DNA of 64,000 nucleotides from Spirochaetia bacterium (GTDB lineage Bacteria; Spirochaetota; Spirochaetia; DSM-2461): assembly GCA_963666985.2 (NCBI GenBank), contig CAXXIA010000001.1, forward strand, positions 1,216,001-1,280,000, in the 5' to 3' direction. The translations under genes and the position numbers were made by a program. Below, piece by piece: positions 28,879-39,279 of this stretch. A model generated the notes under the pieces. It saw only the letters and a list, made by a program, of their open reading frames with translations, ran no database searches and was not told where the DNA came from. Positions within the stretch are counted from its first letter, which is position 1. Every line of letters begins with the position of its first letter.

Positions 28879-29077
28879 CAACAGCGCCTTTGGATTTTGG
28901 CGGCCGCCATAAAATCCTTTCGAATCTTTTCCATTGCTCCAAAGGGATTCTCTTAAAAAGCATTATGAAGCCCGCTTTTTTTCAACATCGGCGAACCCGC
29001 CGACAATCAAACCGAGCCTTGGAAGACTTCCCGATGTCTTCTTGACAAGGGTAGGGGTCGAACGTACCGTATGAGCC

Positions 29078-31627
29078 ATGCTGTTTACGGGAAAACGCCG
29101 AAAAGTTATCCTCCTTTTTACCGGGATTCTTGCCTTAACCGGAGCCGCGCTGGGCTCAGCTCTCGGAATAAGCATCGCAACGAACCACAATACGAAAAAC
29201 ATGGATGAACTCACCTCTTCCAGACCCGCGATCCCTTCAAAGGTTCTGGATATCAATGGAGAACTGATTACCGAGTTCTTTTCCGATGAAAAGCGGGATA
29301 TCATTCCCATCACCGAACTGCCCGAGAACCAGATTTATGCCCTCTTAACCCGCGAGGACGCACCGTTCTTCGAACATACGGGTTTTTCGGTAGGCGGTTT
29401 TTTCCGTGCGCTCTACCAGACATCCATTTACCTTATTACGAAAAAAGGCTCTCTCCAGGGAGGCAGCACAATAACGCAGCAGCTGGCAGGCTCCCGCCAC
29501 GCGGACAGATCGGTTATCAAGGTTAGCCGCAAGCTTAAAGAACTCTGGTGGGCCTATCAGCTGGAACGCCGATTCACGAAGCAGGAAATCCTGGAACAGT
29601 ACCTCAATTCGGTCTATTTCGGCCACAACACTTACGGTGTTGAAGCGGCCAGTCAGTTTTTCTTCGGCCATTCGGCCGTGAGCAATTCTCCGGCGGAAGC
29701 CGTTATGCTGGCCATCCAGCTTTCCGGTTCCGGCCTTTACTCCCCTCTGATCAAACCAAATGCCGCAAGAGAACGCCAAGAGGAGATTTTGGACCAAATG
29801 GTCGGGGCGGGGTATGTAAGCCGGGAAGACGCCGAGACTTCCTTCCTCGAATATTGGACCGATTTCGACTGGTCGCGATCATCCACGGCCTCGCCCTATT
29901 TCGACCGGCTGGCCAACGATAAGGCACCGTATTTCAGCGAATACATCCGTACGCAGATTGAGCAGTACCTTTTCGGCCAGCAGGATATCTACCGTGACGG
30001 ATACATTATTCACACAACATTGAACCTTGAATTCCAGGAAGAGGCCGAAAAGCAGATTAAAAAAGGCCTGAATCAATGGAACCTGACCTACAGACAAGAC
30101 CGCGATAAAAAAACGGCTTACGCGGCAAGCGAACTGGTAGACACCATCGACCTTCTGTCGCTGGCCTTCAATCTTCCCGAAATTCATGTTCCCGGAGCTC
30201 TGGAACGCCGTGAAGCGCAGGAATATCTTGAGAACGATTTAAATCCGGTTATGGACATGATGGCGATGACATTCGGATTGTCCGACCTGAAAACTCTTAC
30301 GAACCTCACCTACGCGAAGGCCAAAACCCACGCCCAGATGAACAACGTGGAGACGGCTCTGATCACCCTGGACAACAATACCGGGTATATCCTGGCCATG
30401 ATCGGCGGAAGCGAATTCAACAGGAACAACCAATTCAACCGGGCCATGGACGCCAAGGTCATGCCCGGTTCCGCTTTTAAGCCCCTTTACTACTCGGCCG
30501 CCATCAGTTCGGGAAAGATTACTCCGGCGACACGCCTTTTCGACGGTCCGTATGAATTCATCAGCCCCGACGGAACACCCTACGCGCCGGATAACTATTT
30601 CGGCAGATGGAGAGGAAACGTCCTGGCCCGAAACGCTCTGGCGCTGTCGCTGAACATTCCCTCTTTGAAAGTGCTGAAAACCATTGGTTTCGACGCGGCC
30701 ATCAGCCGGTCCGCGGATCTTCTCGGCATCACCGATCCTCAGGAAATCGGAGAAACCTTTGACAGGGTGTATCCCCTGGGACTCGGTATCCTCTCCGTAT
30801 CGCCCGTAAGGCTGGCAAGAGCTTATGCGACCTTCGCCAATAAGGGACGTGCGGTTGAGCCGATAGCCGTCCGCTACATCGAAGACAGAGACGGCAACAT
30901 CATCGTTAATCCCGAACGGGAGCTTCGCGAATCTCAGGAACGGCGAAACATGCAGGTTCTCTCTCCGCAGGCGGCCTACATCATGACAAGCATGCTGCAA
31001 TCGACGGTTCAATTCGGAACACTCGCGGGAGTTCGGGTAAACGTAGCCGGTAATTTCGACGGCATGCCCATGGCCGGAAAAACAGGAACGACACAGAACT
31101 GGACCGACGCCTGGACCGTCGGCTTCTCTCCCTACTACACCACCGCGATCTGGGCCGGATTCGATAAAAGAGGCAATTCGCTCGGTGTGAATCAGAACGG
31201 GGCCCAGGCCGTAGGACCGGTTTGGGGACAATACATGAGGGCTATCAACAAGGATATGCCCATCATCAAATTCCCAAGACCGGAAACCGGCATCGTGGAA
31301 GTCAAAATCGACAAAAGAACGGGAATGCTCCCCGAAGAAGATACGCCCGAAGAGATGATTCGTTCGGAAGTCTTTATCGCGGGAACCGAACCCAAAACCA
31401 TCGGCGGCTTAACGCGCTTTGAAAAAGATCGCGATGAAGAGCTGATTACGAAGATTGCCGTGGATTCCTCCAACACCAATGTTTCAACCGACAATACGTC
31501 CGATTCCGTTTTCATGAGAGATCTCTTCGAGGAACTCGGACTGGATACGAACCTGCTCGAAGGCGGCGGTTCGCAGGGCGCATCCTCATCGACCGGCGGC
31601 AGCGGCTCATCAAGTCATCTCGACTAA
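29078..31627 (+). CDS. mrcA: Penicillin-binding protein 1A (class A transglycosylase/transpeptidase)
   Basis: ED..FF.H.G, GGSTITQQL, RKLKE, SAFK (SxxK), SLN, KTGT. Confidence 0.95.
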   Translation: MLFTGKRRKVILLFTGILALTGAALGSALGISIATNHNTKNMDELTSSRPAIPSKVLDINGELITEFFSDEKRDIIPITELPENQIYALLTREDAPFFEHTGFSVGGFFRALYQTSIYLITKKGSLQGGSTITQQLAGSRHADRSVIKVSRKLKELWWAYQLERRFTKQEILEQYLNSVYFGHNTYGVEAASQFFFGHSAVSNSPAEAVMLAIQLSGSGLYSPLIKPNAARERQEEILDQMVGAGYVSREDAETSFLEYWTDFDWSRSSTASPYFDRLANDKAPYFSEYIRTQIEQYLFGQQDIYRDGYIIHTTLNLEFQEEAEKQIKKGLNQWNLTYRQDRDKKTAYAASELVDTIDLLSLAFNLPEIHVPGALERREAQEYLENDLNPVMDMMAMTFGLSDLKTLTNLTYAKAKTHAQMNNVETALITLDNNTGYILAMIGGSEFNRNNQFNRAMDAKVMPGSAFKPLYYSAAISSGKITPATRLFDGPYEFISPDGTPYAPDNYFGRWRGNVLARNALALSLNIPSLKVLKTIGFDAAISRSADLLGITDPQEIGETFDRVYPLGLGILSVSPVRLARAYATFANKGRAVEPIAVRYIEDRDGNIIVNPERELRESQERRNMQVLSPQAAYIMTSMLQSTVQFGTLAGVRVNVAGNFDGMPMAGKTGTTQNWTDAWTVGFSPYYTTAIWAGFDKRGNSLGVNQNGAQAVGPVWGQYMRAINKDMPIIKFPRPETGIVEVKIDKRTGMLPEEDTPEEMIRSEVFIAGTEPKTIGGLTRFEKDRDEELITKIAVDSSNTNVSTDNTSDSVFMRDLFEELGLDTNLLEGGGSQGASSSTGGSGSSSHLD

Positions 31628-31768
31628 CGAAAAACCGCCGAAGAGATCCCGGCGAAAACGGGAATCACCGCCCCCCGCGGCGCGGGGGTGGGCCTTCTCT
31701 TTCCGTATGCACCGAAAGCCGCACAAAAAAGCGCCCGATGCGGGCGGGCGCTGGCAAGCACGGGCGGA

Positions 31769-33352
31769 TTAAATATCCCAGATATCCCCGTAATCATGCC
31801 TTTTCCCGCAATAGCGGCAGGTAAAGGTTTTACCGCCGGTACGAAAGAAATAAGTCGGAACATGCTGATGCGCGGCCGGATGAGTAATACAATCGGAATT
31901 TTTGCAGGAAATCTCGGAAAAATTGTAGATTTTCGGCGGCATGCTTAACCGGAATTTTCTCTTTACGGACCGTTTTTCAATGATGTTGAGCGTACATCCG
32001 GGTGAAACGGCCGCAAGCTTTTTCAACTCGGCCGGAGCGAACTCGGTAATGTCCGGAAGGGAGATAATCCCTTTAAAATTCCGCGGATCGTCCGTATGGA
32101 ACACTCCGTGGGAACTGCGGATATTGAGATTCAGGATTCGGCGGATTTTGTCTATTCGGTTCCAAATTTCTTCCAAATCCATGCCCTTGGCGATGTGATC
32201 GATAACGATACCTTCGTCCACGGGTTTGATGCCGACCTTGAAGCGGTCTTCCACATGGCTCTTTTGCAGTCCGGTGACTTCCGTAATGAATGATTCTTCT
32301 TCGCTTTCCGCTTCCGGAGAGGCTCCGCTGAAATCGTCTCCGAGACGTCCGGAAACAAGGGCCAGTTCGATGATGCGCGTAAAATAGCCGTTGATGCTCT
32401 GTTCGTCCCATCCGTTTAGGGGCGTGGAGTCCAGAAAAGAGGGAATAACCGGCTTTTCCCTATGTCTGGGCAGGGGATGAAAAAACCGCGTGTTTTTCGG
32501 GAGCCGGGCTAAAAACTCTTCTCGAAAGGTTACCGAACGTCTGAGCTCCGCTTCGCGGTCCCTCACCTCATCTCCCATGCGTTCCAGCTGAAGCCTGGTG
32601 AAGTACCACGTTGTGCTCACCTCGCCGGATTTGAGGTATTCCTCGATGCTTTCCCACTCGCGCACCTCGAATCCGTTTTCTTCCATCCGGGATTTATAAA
32701 CGTCGGGAAGAGCCAATTCCTCGGGCGCGACAAGATCCACCGTAACGGACCGAAACGCCCGAAGGCCGTCCGCCTTGGAATGAACGGTCCGTCCGTGCCG
32801 AAGATCACCGATAAGGGCAACGTGGATTCTTGAATCGTCCCAGCCTGTGTGCTCAAGAAAGGTGAACTCATCGAGGAACTCCTGCGTGGGATGCTCATGG
32901 CGTCCGTCGCCCCCGTTGATGAAGATGGGATGCTCCCGGCCGAGCTTATCCGCGTATTCGCCGATCTGTTCCTCCAGAGCGCGGCAGACGCCTTCCATGC
33001 TGGTTCTTAAGATGAAGACGGAACGCCGGCTGTATCCGAAAAGCATTTTCACCGTGTCGACGATGCTCTCGGACTTTTTGAATGATGAGGAATTCGCATC
33101 GAAGACGTTGAGCTTCACGTCGTGGAAAAGAGCGGCGTTCCGAAAGGATTCCTTGGTGCGCGTGGAATCTTCAAGGAACATCAGGTATACGCCGAGTTCC
33201 GGATCGTGAATGCGATAGGGCTCCAAATCCCCATTGTTCAACCAGGCTTCTTTCAGTTCGCGGGTTTTGCCGTACAGGTAGCGCTGTTCGTCAACGCTCA
33301 GATCGCCCGCGACGGCCAATGTCCGCCCGGAGAAGGGATTCTTTTTTTGCAT
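31769..33352 (-). CDS. pyrB: Aspartate carbamoyltransferase, fused catalytic and regulatory chains (PyrBI)
   Basis: STRT, HPTQ, HPLP, followed by PyrI-like GIVIDHI and a Zn site C-x4-C...CRYC. Confidence 0.95.
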   Translation of the reverse strand: MQKKNPFSGRTLAVAGDLSVDEQRYLYGKTRELKEAWLNNGDLEPYRIHDPELGVYLMFLEDSTRTKESFRNAALFHDVKLNVFDANSSSFKKSESIVDTVKMLFGYSRRSVFILRTSMEGVCRALEEQIGEYADKLGREHPIFINGGDGRHEHPTQEFLDEFTFLEHTGWDDSRIHVALIGDLRHGRTVHSKADGLRAFRSVTVDLVAPEELALPDVYKSRMEENGFEVREWESIEEYLKSGEVSTTWYFTRLQLERMGDEVRDREAELRRSVTFREEFLARLPKNTRFFHPLPRHREKPVIPSFLDSTPLNGWDEQSINGYFTRIIELALVSGRLGDDFSGASPEAESEEESFITEVTGLQKSHVEDRFKVGIKPVDEGIVIDHIAKGMDLEEIWNRIDKIRRILNLNIRSSHGVFHTDDPRNFKGIISLPDITEFAPAELKKLAAVSPGCTLNIIEKRSVKRKFRLSMPPKIYNFSEISCKNSDCITHPAAHQHVPTYFFRTGGKTFTCRYCGKRHDYGDIWDI

Positions 33353-33358
33353 TTCGAT

Positions 33359-34888
33359 TTACTCCAATAAATCTTCCTCGATAAGGCTGGAAGCCGAGAG
33401 CTTGAGAATATCACCTTCTTTACTTTGCGCAAAAAGCGATTTCCCATCGAAAATAATCGCCGTCCACGGTTCCACGGCCTTTTCACTGACAGCCTTTCTG
33501 ACCAATTCCGTATCGAATCTTCCGAGTTTCCATTCACCCCGATCAAGGGTAACAAGATAGATGTCGCTTCCTTTAACGGTCATCAGGCTTCCCGGGAAGA
33601 TATCGTTCTCTCCCTCTTCAACAACCTTCAGAGTGTTTCCGTCCAGAAGCATCGGCCTTACGGAGGTGCCTTCTCCTTCGCGTCCCGCTATAACCAGTAC
33701 GGCATCGGGCAGAAGAATAATGGTCCGTCCCCTAACGGCCGTGACATCGCTGACGGCAAGACGTTTACCGTTTTCAAGATCATATTTCATAACCCGGCCA
33801 TAGGGAATGCCGTCTCCTTCGGCGTCCACGGTCAGGAACCAGACGGGCGTTACCGACTCGGCCGAAACAAACGTGCCTTTCGCCTCTTCACCGCCTTCTT
33901 CCATCAGAGCGTTCTCATCCTCGGCGATGTCCTCGCGCATTTTCATCACATCTTCGGTTCTCTCGTCGATGTCCTGCTGCCGTTCTTGAACCTCTTTCCT
34001 TTCACGCTCGATTTCTTCCCGCTCTTCTTCGAGATTTTCCTTGCGTTCCTCTTCGGCGGGAGTCAGCGCTTCTCCGGATTTCTCTTTTTCCTCGATTTGT
34101 TCAATTTCTTCGGCGACTTTATCTTCACGTTCATCGAGGTCTTCTCTCCGGCTGTCGATGACTTTCTGCTCTTCGTCGATTTCTTCCTCGATGAGTTCCA
34201 CCATGTCGCGGCGGGAATCGAGCCCTTTATCCTCTTCTTCCCGCATTTCATCAATAACCTCATCTTCGGTTATCACGCCGGTGTCGATTTTCGGTTTATC
34301 TCCGCCCCGTAGCGGAATAAGCATCTGAGTTTTACCCGGCCAGTTGGAATAATGCGTATCCAGGCCCATTTTCCCCGGATCAAGTTCTTTAACCACGGGG
34401 GCTTTATAGCGCTCGGCCGCCATCTCCATGTTGCCGCGGTAAACGGCGTTGTAATACGTTACGAACTCGGCAACCAAGTAAGCTTCTCGGGAGGAGAATC
34501 CATACACCGTTTCCAAATATCCGGCGATGATGGTTCGAAGATTATTGATATGATCCACGGCGGCATCCGGTTCCAGAATGAAGATATCGGCGTCCAAACC
34601 GTCGGGAATCTCCGGATTCACGATATGCAGAACACGATATTTGCCTCCCACGGAAGCCTCACCGGAGACATCCCGGTTGATCTGACGTCCGAGTTCGCGC
34701 CCGATGTCGCGGATTTGATCCAGTGTATTGATGAATTCATAAGGACCGACGTAATTGATGAATTTCACCGATTCGTTTCCGACGCTGGCGAGCTCATCGC
34801 GGTCGACTCGAACATCTTCCGCTTGGATGGATGAAATAAAAACGGCGATAAAGACGATTATGATTCCCAAACTCGCGTATTTTTTCAT
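33359..34888 (-). CDS. P83/100 family spirochaete protein
   Basis: FINYVGP, DADIFIL..A.VDHI.NLR.II.GYL, FVTYYNAVYRG, WPGKTQ..IPL, plus an acidic coiled coil. Confidence 0.8.
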   Translation of the reverse strand: MKKYASLGIIIVFIAVFISSIQAEDVRVDRDELASVGNESVKFINYVGPYEFINTLDQIRDIGRELGRQINRDVSGEASVGGKYRVLHIVNPEIPDGLDADIFILEPDAAVDHINNLRTIIAGYLETVYGFSSREAYLVAEFVTYYNAVYRGNMEMAAERYKAPVVKELDPGKMGLDTHYSNWPGKTQMLIPLRGGDKPKIDTGVITEDEVIDEMREEEDKGLDSRRDMVELIEEEIDEEQKVIDSRREDLDEREDKVAEEIEQIEEKEKSGEALTPAEEERKENLEEEREEIERERKEVQERQQDIDERTEDVMKMREDIAEDENALMEEGGEEAKGTFVSAESVTPVWFLTVDAEGDGIPYGRVMKYDLENGKRLAVSDVTAVRGRTIILLPDAVLVIAGREGEGTSVRPMLLDGNTLKVVEEGENDIFPGSLMTVKGSDIYLVTLDRGEWKLGRFDTELVRKAVSEKAVEPWTAIIFDGKSLFAQSKEGDILKLSASSLIEEDLLE

Positions 34889-35040
34889 TCGGCGGCTCCT
34901 TTGGAATTAAAGATGACGGGCCGTTAAAAAAAATCGCCGAATCACCGCGCGATTCGGCGGCGGCGAACGCCGCCGCACGTTCCGAGACAGCCCGCTAGTG
35001 GACAGTATAGTCATCGGAGGTCCGTCTGTCCGAGAATATT

Positions 35041-36978
35041 TTAAAATCCCATCACTTCACGGACCGCAGAGATTACCGCGGCACGGGCCGAAGCGGAGAT
35101 TTCACTTCGAAGCAGGGCATCCATCAAAGAGTAACCCGCCGAATCGCTGATACGGCCGTTGTAGCGGACCAAATCGGAAAAGGCCCGCGCCGTCTGAACC
35201 GCCAAACGATCATCGGCGGGCATCATCCTAAGATATCGTTCACTCATCAAGCGCATCGAAGCACCGTCCCAGTCAACCCCGATACGTCCCAAGGCGCGGA
35301 ATCCCGAGGCCAGGGCGGCCGGATCTTCCTCAAAAGCAAGGCAATCGAGAATCAATTTTCGCGAACGGAAATCCTCCGAGGCTCCCAAAAGCGTATACGA
35401 GCGGCTCCGGACCACGGAATGAGACTCCAGCGGCTGATTGGAGAGTCCCACATGACGGACCGTTCCCACGGAAACCAGATCTTCCAGAAGCAGATCGGCC
35501 CAGGGAAGATCCTTCTTCATGGAAAAATCCTCCGAATAGCGTTCGAGTTCCCGAATTAAATCCAGCCTTTCCTCGGCATCGTCCGAGACGGCCATGAGTT
35601 CTCTGTAGAAAAATCCGGGATCGCGGCGTGCCTCTTCGCGGCTCATTTTCGGCGTGTCGGCCGATAAAGAACCCGAGCGGCGGGGGCCGCCGCGAAACTG
35701 CATCCATGCGCCTCCCGGAGCTCCGGCGTTCCAGGCATAGAGGATCCAATCCCCGCCGCCCGCTATCAGAACTCCCTCTTTGGTAAGAAGAGGCTCGGCC
35801 AGAACCGATTTCCCGCGAAGGACTCCTTCATGTTCAATGCCGTCTCCGATCGGAATATCGCCGCCGGAAAGGCCGTTCCATCCTCCGCCGGCCGCTTCAC
35901 CGCCTCCCGCATCACCGCCGATCGCCTCTCCGCCGGAATCGATTCCACGGCCCCCCGCGATTTTTTTCTCCGGCGGGATAACCCTGATGCTTCCGTCGGC
36001 CGCCGGGACGAAGAGCGTTCCGTCGTCCGAGGAGGCCGACGGCGCGCCGCCGCTGACGGCGATTCTCCGCTCACCCCGCACATTACCGGCCGAATCGTAT
36101 TCAACGAGTTTCCCGTCGGCCAGAAACACACTTCCACCGCCCTCCTCGTCGGCCAGCAGAGCCGCCACCCGTCCGGTGCCCGGCCTCCCTTCAAAAGCAA
36201 TTTTCACGCCGGCGGGGAATACCTGCCCGGCCGGTCCGCCAGGTCCGCCCAGTTCACCGGAATCACTTGTCCCGGAGGAAGCAGCCCGATGAGAAATCGA
36301 TCTTGCCGACGGCGCTTCAAGCACAACCAGGCGTCCGTTGAATCCTCCGGCCCAAATTCTTTCCAATCCGTCCAGAGCAAGAATGGAAACGGCGGAACCG
36401 AAATTGTATTCCGCGATACACTCTCCCAAGGCATCCAGAGCCAACAGACGTCCGTCGGTGAGCGGAATCCAGGCCGTTCCATCTCCCGTAAGAACCGGTC
36501 CGGCCGAAGCTTCTGCGCTCTCGTCCCGTTTCCAGAGAATCACTCCGCGGCGCGAAACACAGACAATACGTCCGCCCGCAAGGGGCAGAATCAGCCGTCC
36601 GTCCGGAGCCGCGCCCGGCAAGGCCGCAGGCTCGGACCTCATGTTCATTTTCCAGCGGCCCGAACCGCCGGGAGTTACGGCAAAAAGCTCATGCCGGTCG
36701 TTCTGTATGTAAATTGTTCCGTCGGGAGCCGCTAAAAGAAGATTTCGAAGACGGCCGCCGGGCCGATAAATCCAATTCTGATCGCCCGTCAGGGGATTCA
36801 GACTGTGAAGAGCCCGATCCTCCGCGATGATGTAGACATCGCCGCCCGGGCCTTGAGCCGGATACCCGCCGATACTCCCGCCGACGGCATGCCGCCAAAG
36901 AAGTTCCTGAGCGGCCGCCGGCATCGCGGCGAAAAAAGAACTTGCCGCAATCAGAAGCATGGTCCATCGGCTCTTCAT
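35041..36978 (-). CDS. PQQ-like beta-propeller repeat protein with a helical C-terminal domain
   Basis: Signal peptide, repeated DG..Y...W blades, HEAT-like C-terminus. Confidence 0.75.
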   Translation of the reverse strand: MKSRWTMLLIAASSFFAAMPAAAQELLWRHAVGGSIGGYPAQGPGGDVYIIAEDRALHSLNPLTGDQNWIYRPGGRLRNLLLAAPDGTIYIQNDRHELFAVTPGGSGRWKMNMRSEPAALPGAAPDGRLILPLAGGRIVCVSRRGVILWKRDESAEASAGPVLTGDGTAWIPLTDGRLLALDALGECIAEYNFGSAVSILALDGLERIWAGGFNGRLVVLEAPSARSISHRAASSGTSDSGELGGPGGPAGQVFPAGVKIAFEGRPGTGRVAALLADEEGGGSVFLADGKLVEYDSAGNVRGERRIAVSGGAPSASSDDGTLFVPAADGSIRVIPPEKKIAGGRGIDSGGEAIGGDAGGGEAAGGGWNGLSGGDIPIGDGIEHEGVLRGKSVLAEPLLTKEGVLIAGGGDWILYAWNAGAPGGAWMQFRGGPRRSGSLSADTPKMSREEARRDPGFFYRELMAVSDDAEERLDLIRELERYSEDFSMKKDLPWADLLLEDLVSVGTVRHVGLSNQPLESHSVVRSRSYTLLGASEDFRSRKLILDCLAFEEDPAALASGFRALGRIGVDWDGASMRLMSERYLRMMPADDRLAVQTARAFSDLVRYNGRISDSAGYSLMDALLRSEISASARAAVISAVREVMGF

Positions 36979-38252
36979 AATCGCTTCTTCCCGCCGAAAT
37001 AGAGACGGGCGACCGTCTCGACATGCGGCGTCTGCGGATAAAGATCAACCAGGGCGAATTTCGAAAGAACATAGCCCGATGCAATCAGATCCTTGATGTC
37101 TCGGCTTTGAGTAATCGGATCGCAGGATACATAGGTAATCTCCGGGGCGCCCAGTTCCGCCAAGGCGCGCCTGACCGGAGGCGAAAGGCCGGTTCGGGGC
37201 GGGTCGACGATGATGAAATCCGGAACGGGCCTTTCTCGGGATGCCGCCCACTCCTCCAGCGTCGATTTATGAAATTCGCCTTTCGGCCCGACATGCCTTT
37301 TCCAAGCCGCTCCGGCGTTCCCATCCCTATCCACGCCGATAACGGTTCGGAAGCGATCGGCCAGAAAGGCGCCGAAAAGGCCCACCCCGCCGTAAAGATC
37401 CAGCGCGACATCTCCCTGAACGCAGGGCGTTTTCCCGCCGCCTGTTTCAAATCCACCGGTTCCTTCCGGTACCGCGCCGCTCACCGAATCAGCCGATGCT
37501 CCTGCATCGGAGCCGGTGCCGCATCCGGCGGAACGACCTTCGGCCCGCCCGCATCCGGCGCCGTCCAAGGCAAAACGCAGCAATTCCGGCAAAGGGCCGA
37601 GATTGGATTGAAAGAACACTCCGGGGGGGAATCGGAAGGTTTTTCCCTCCACAACGGCCGCTGCCTCGGAATCGATTCCCTCAGCCCAAAAGTCCTCATC
37701 ATCACCGAAAACAATGGGCTCCGCTCCCGCCCGAAGAGATTCCGAGGGTTTCATCAGAAACCGATTCACGCCCGGAACGGCCACCGGACAGTGAGGAATC
37801 CGAACCGTTCGATCGGAAGAGAGTTGTCGGAACGAAGCCGTTCCATCGGGAAGAATCAAAGGACGGATACGGGAACGATAAGAGGCGGGGGTTGAGGGGA
37901 TCACCCAAAAATCAGGAATCTCCGCGTTCTCCAGCCCGCCCTGCCGCACCAGAGCTTCCCTGACGATAGCGGCTTTGGATTCCAGCTGCTCGGCGTAATT
38001 CATATACTGCCACCGGCAGCCTCCGCATCGGCCGAAAAGCGGACAGAACGGTTCAACTCGTCCGGGGGAAGCTTCGAGAATGTCCGTAAGACGGCCCCTG
38101 GCCCAGCCCTTTTTACGTTCGGCAACGTCGAAGAGAACCTTTTCACCGGAGAGGACGCCCGGAATAAAAAAAACCGCACCGTCCTTTCGGACAAGCCCGT
38201 CACCGCCGGAAATGAGTTTTTCAACGGTTCCTTCTATACGTCGATCAGCCAT
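36975..38252 (-). CDS. rlmD: RNA m5U methyltransferase (RlmD/TrmA family, TRAM domain)
   Basis: TRAM domain, CPLFGRCGGC Fe-S motif, FFQSN, LDLYGGVGLF, DPPR, YVSC, PQTPHVE. Confidence 0.88.
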   Translation of the reverse strand: MADRRIEGTVEKLISGGDGLVRKDGAVFFIPGVLSGEKVLFDVAERKKGWARGRLTDILEASPGRVEPFCPLFGRCGGCRWQYMNYAEQLESKAAIVREALVRQGGLENAEIPDFWVIPSTPASYRSRIRPLILPDGTASFRQLSSDRTVRIPHCPVAVPGVNRFLMKPSESLRAGAEPIVFGDDEDFWAEGIDSEAAAVVEGKTFRFPPGVFFQSNLGPLPELLRFALDGAGCGRAEGRSAGCGTGSDAGASADSVSGAVPEGTGGFETGGGKTPCVQGDVALDLYGGVGLFGAFLADRFRTVIGVDRDGNAGAAWKRHVGPKGEFHKSTLEEWAASRERPVPDFIIVDPPRTGLSPPVRRALAELGAPEITYVSCDPITQSRDIKDLIASGYVLSKFALVDLYPQTPHVETVARLYFGGKKRL

Positions 38253-38356
38253 AGCTCTATACTAACAGTCTTTACAAAAGGAATATGGTATATAAAAGTG
38301 ATTTCATATATTATGGACATAAATACTAAACCCCTTCATACGGAAGAGGCGCAACA

Positions 38357-39007
38357 ATGACTCGTATTGCGAAACATGCCAAGAGAATATCGGCAAGCAT
38401 CCCGACAATTCGCCGACTCCCGTCCTACCTTGAAGTAGCGTATCGCCACAGTAACGAAGGACACAACGTTATTTCAGGTACGATTATAGCCCAAGAATTG
38501 GATCTTGAAGCCATACAGGTTCGAAAAGATCTTGCCGTAACGGGTATCGTCGGCAAACCCAGGGTGGGTTATCCGGTGAGTGAACTCATTGCGGCCATTG
38601 AAAATTTCTTAAACTGGGATAAAAGCACCAAAGCCGTCATTCTCGGCGCGGGCAACCTCGGCTCGGCCTTGATGGGATACAGGGAACTGAAAAAACACGG
38701 TCTTTCGCTGGTTGCGGCGTTCGACGCTTCTTTTGAAAAAACCGGACCGAGGGATAACGGCGTTACGGTTTATCCCATGTCCGAATTAAAAAGCGTTATT
38801 ACCAAAACACAAGCCGAGCTTGCGATTCTGACGGTTCCCCCCAGAGCCGCTCAGGAAGTCTGCGACGCTTTGGTTGATGCCGGTATCCGCGGGATTTGGA
38901 ATTTTACGAACGTAAAGCTAAAGGTTCCCGATGACGTCTTGGTGCTCAGGGAAGATCTCTCTTCCGGATTCGCGGTTCTGACCGTGCTGCACGGGATTGA
39001 GGATTAA
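38357..39007 (+). CDS. rex: Redox-sensing transcriptional repressor Rex
   Basis: RRLPSY, QVRKDL, G.P.VGY, GAGNLG, IWNFT. Confidence 0.95.
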   Translation: MTRIAKHAKRISASIPTIRRLPSYLEVAYRHSNEGHNVISGTIIAQELDLEAIQVRKDLAVTGIVGKPRVGYPVSELIAAIENFLNWDKSTKAVILGAGNLGSALMGYRELKKHGLSLVAAFDASFEKTGPRDNGVTVYPMSELKSVITKTQAELAILTVPPRAAQEVCDALVDAGIRGIWNFTNVKLKVPDDVLVLREDLSSGFAVLTVLHGIED

Positions 39008-39279
39008 CGGGAACTCAGGTTAATCGTCGGCCGCTTCCGCAAGGGCATTAAAATTTCTCCATTTAATACACCCCTTCGCCTCTTCCGATAAAAATCCGTG
39101 CGGCAAGCTGAGACGACTTTAACAAAAGTTTCCCGTCATCTTTCGCGATTTTTCCGTATTTCACGCCGCTCCCGCATGCCCGCGAACCCGGAGCCGGCGG
39201 AGAGGGGCCGGCCCGTATTCCTTACCGCGAAAGGAGTCAGCCATCCGTGGGAATCATGCAGAAAGAAAGCCTGCGGTTG

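Noticed and set aside
31769..33352. PyrB-PyrI fusion as a novelty
   Set aside because: Already described in Thermotoga and Treponema.
38253..38356. Rex operator upstream of rex
   Set aside because: No convincing TTGTGAA-N4-TTCACAA match.
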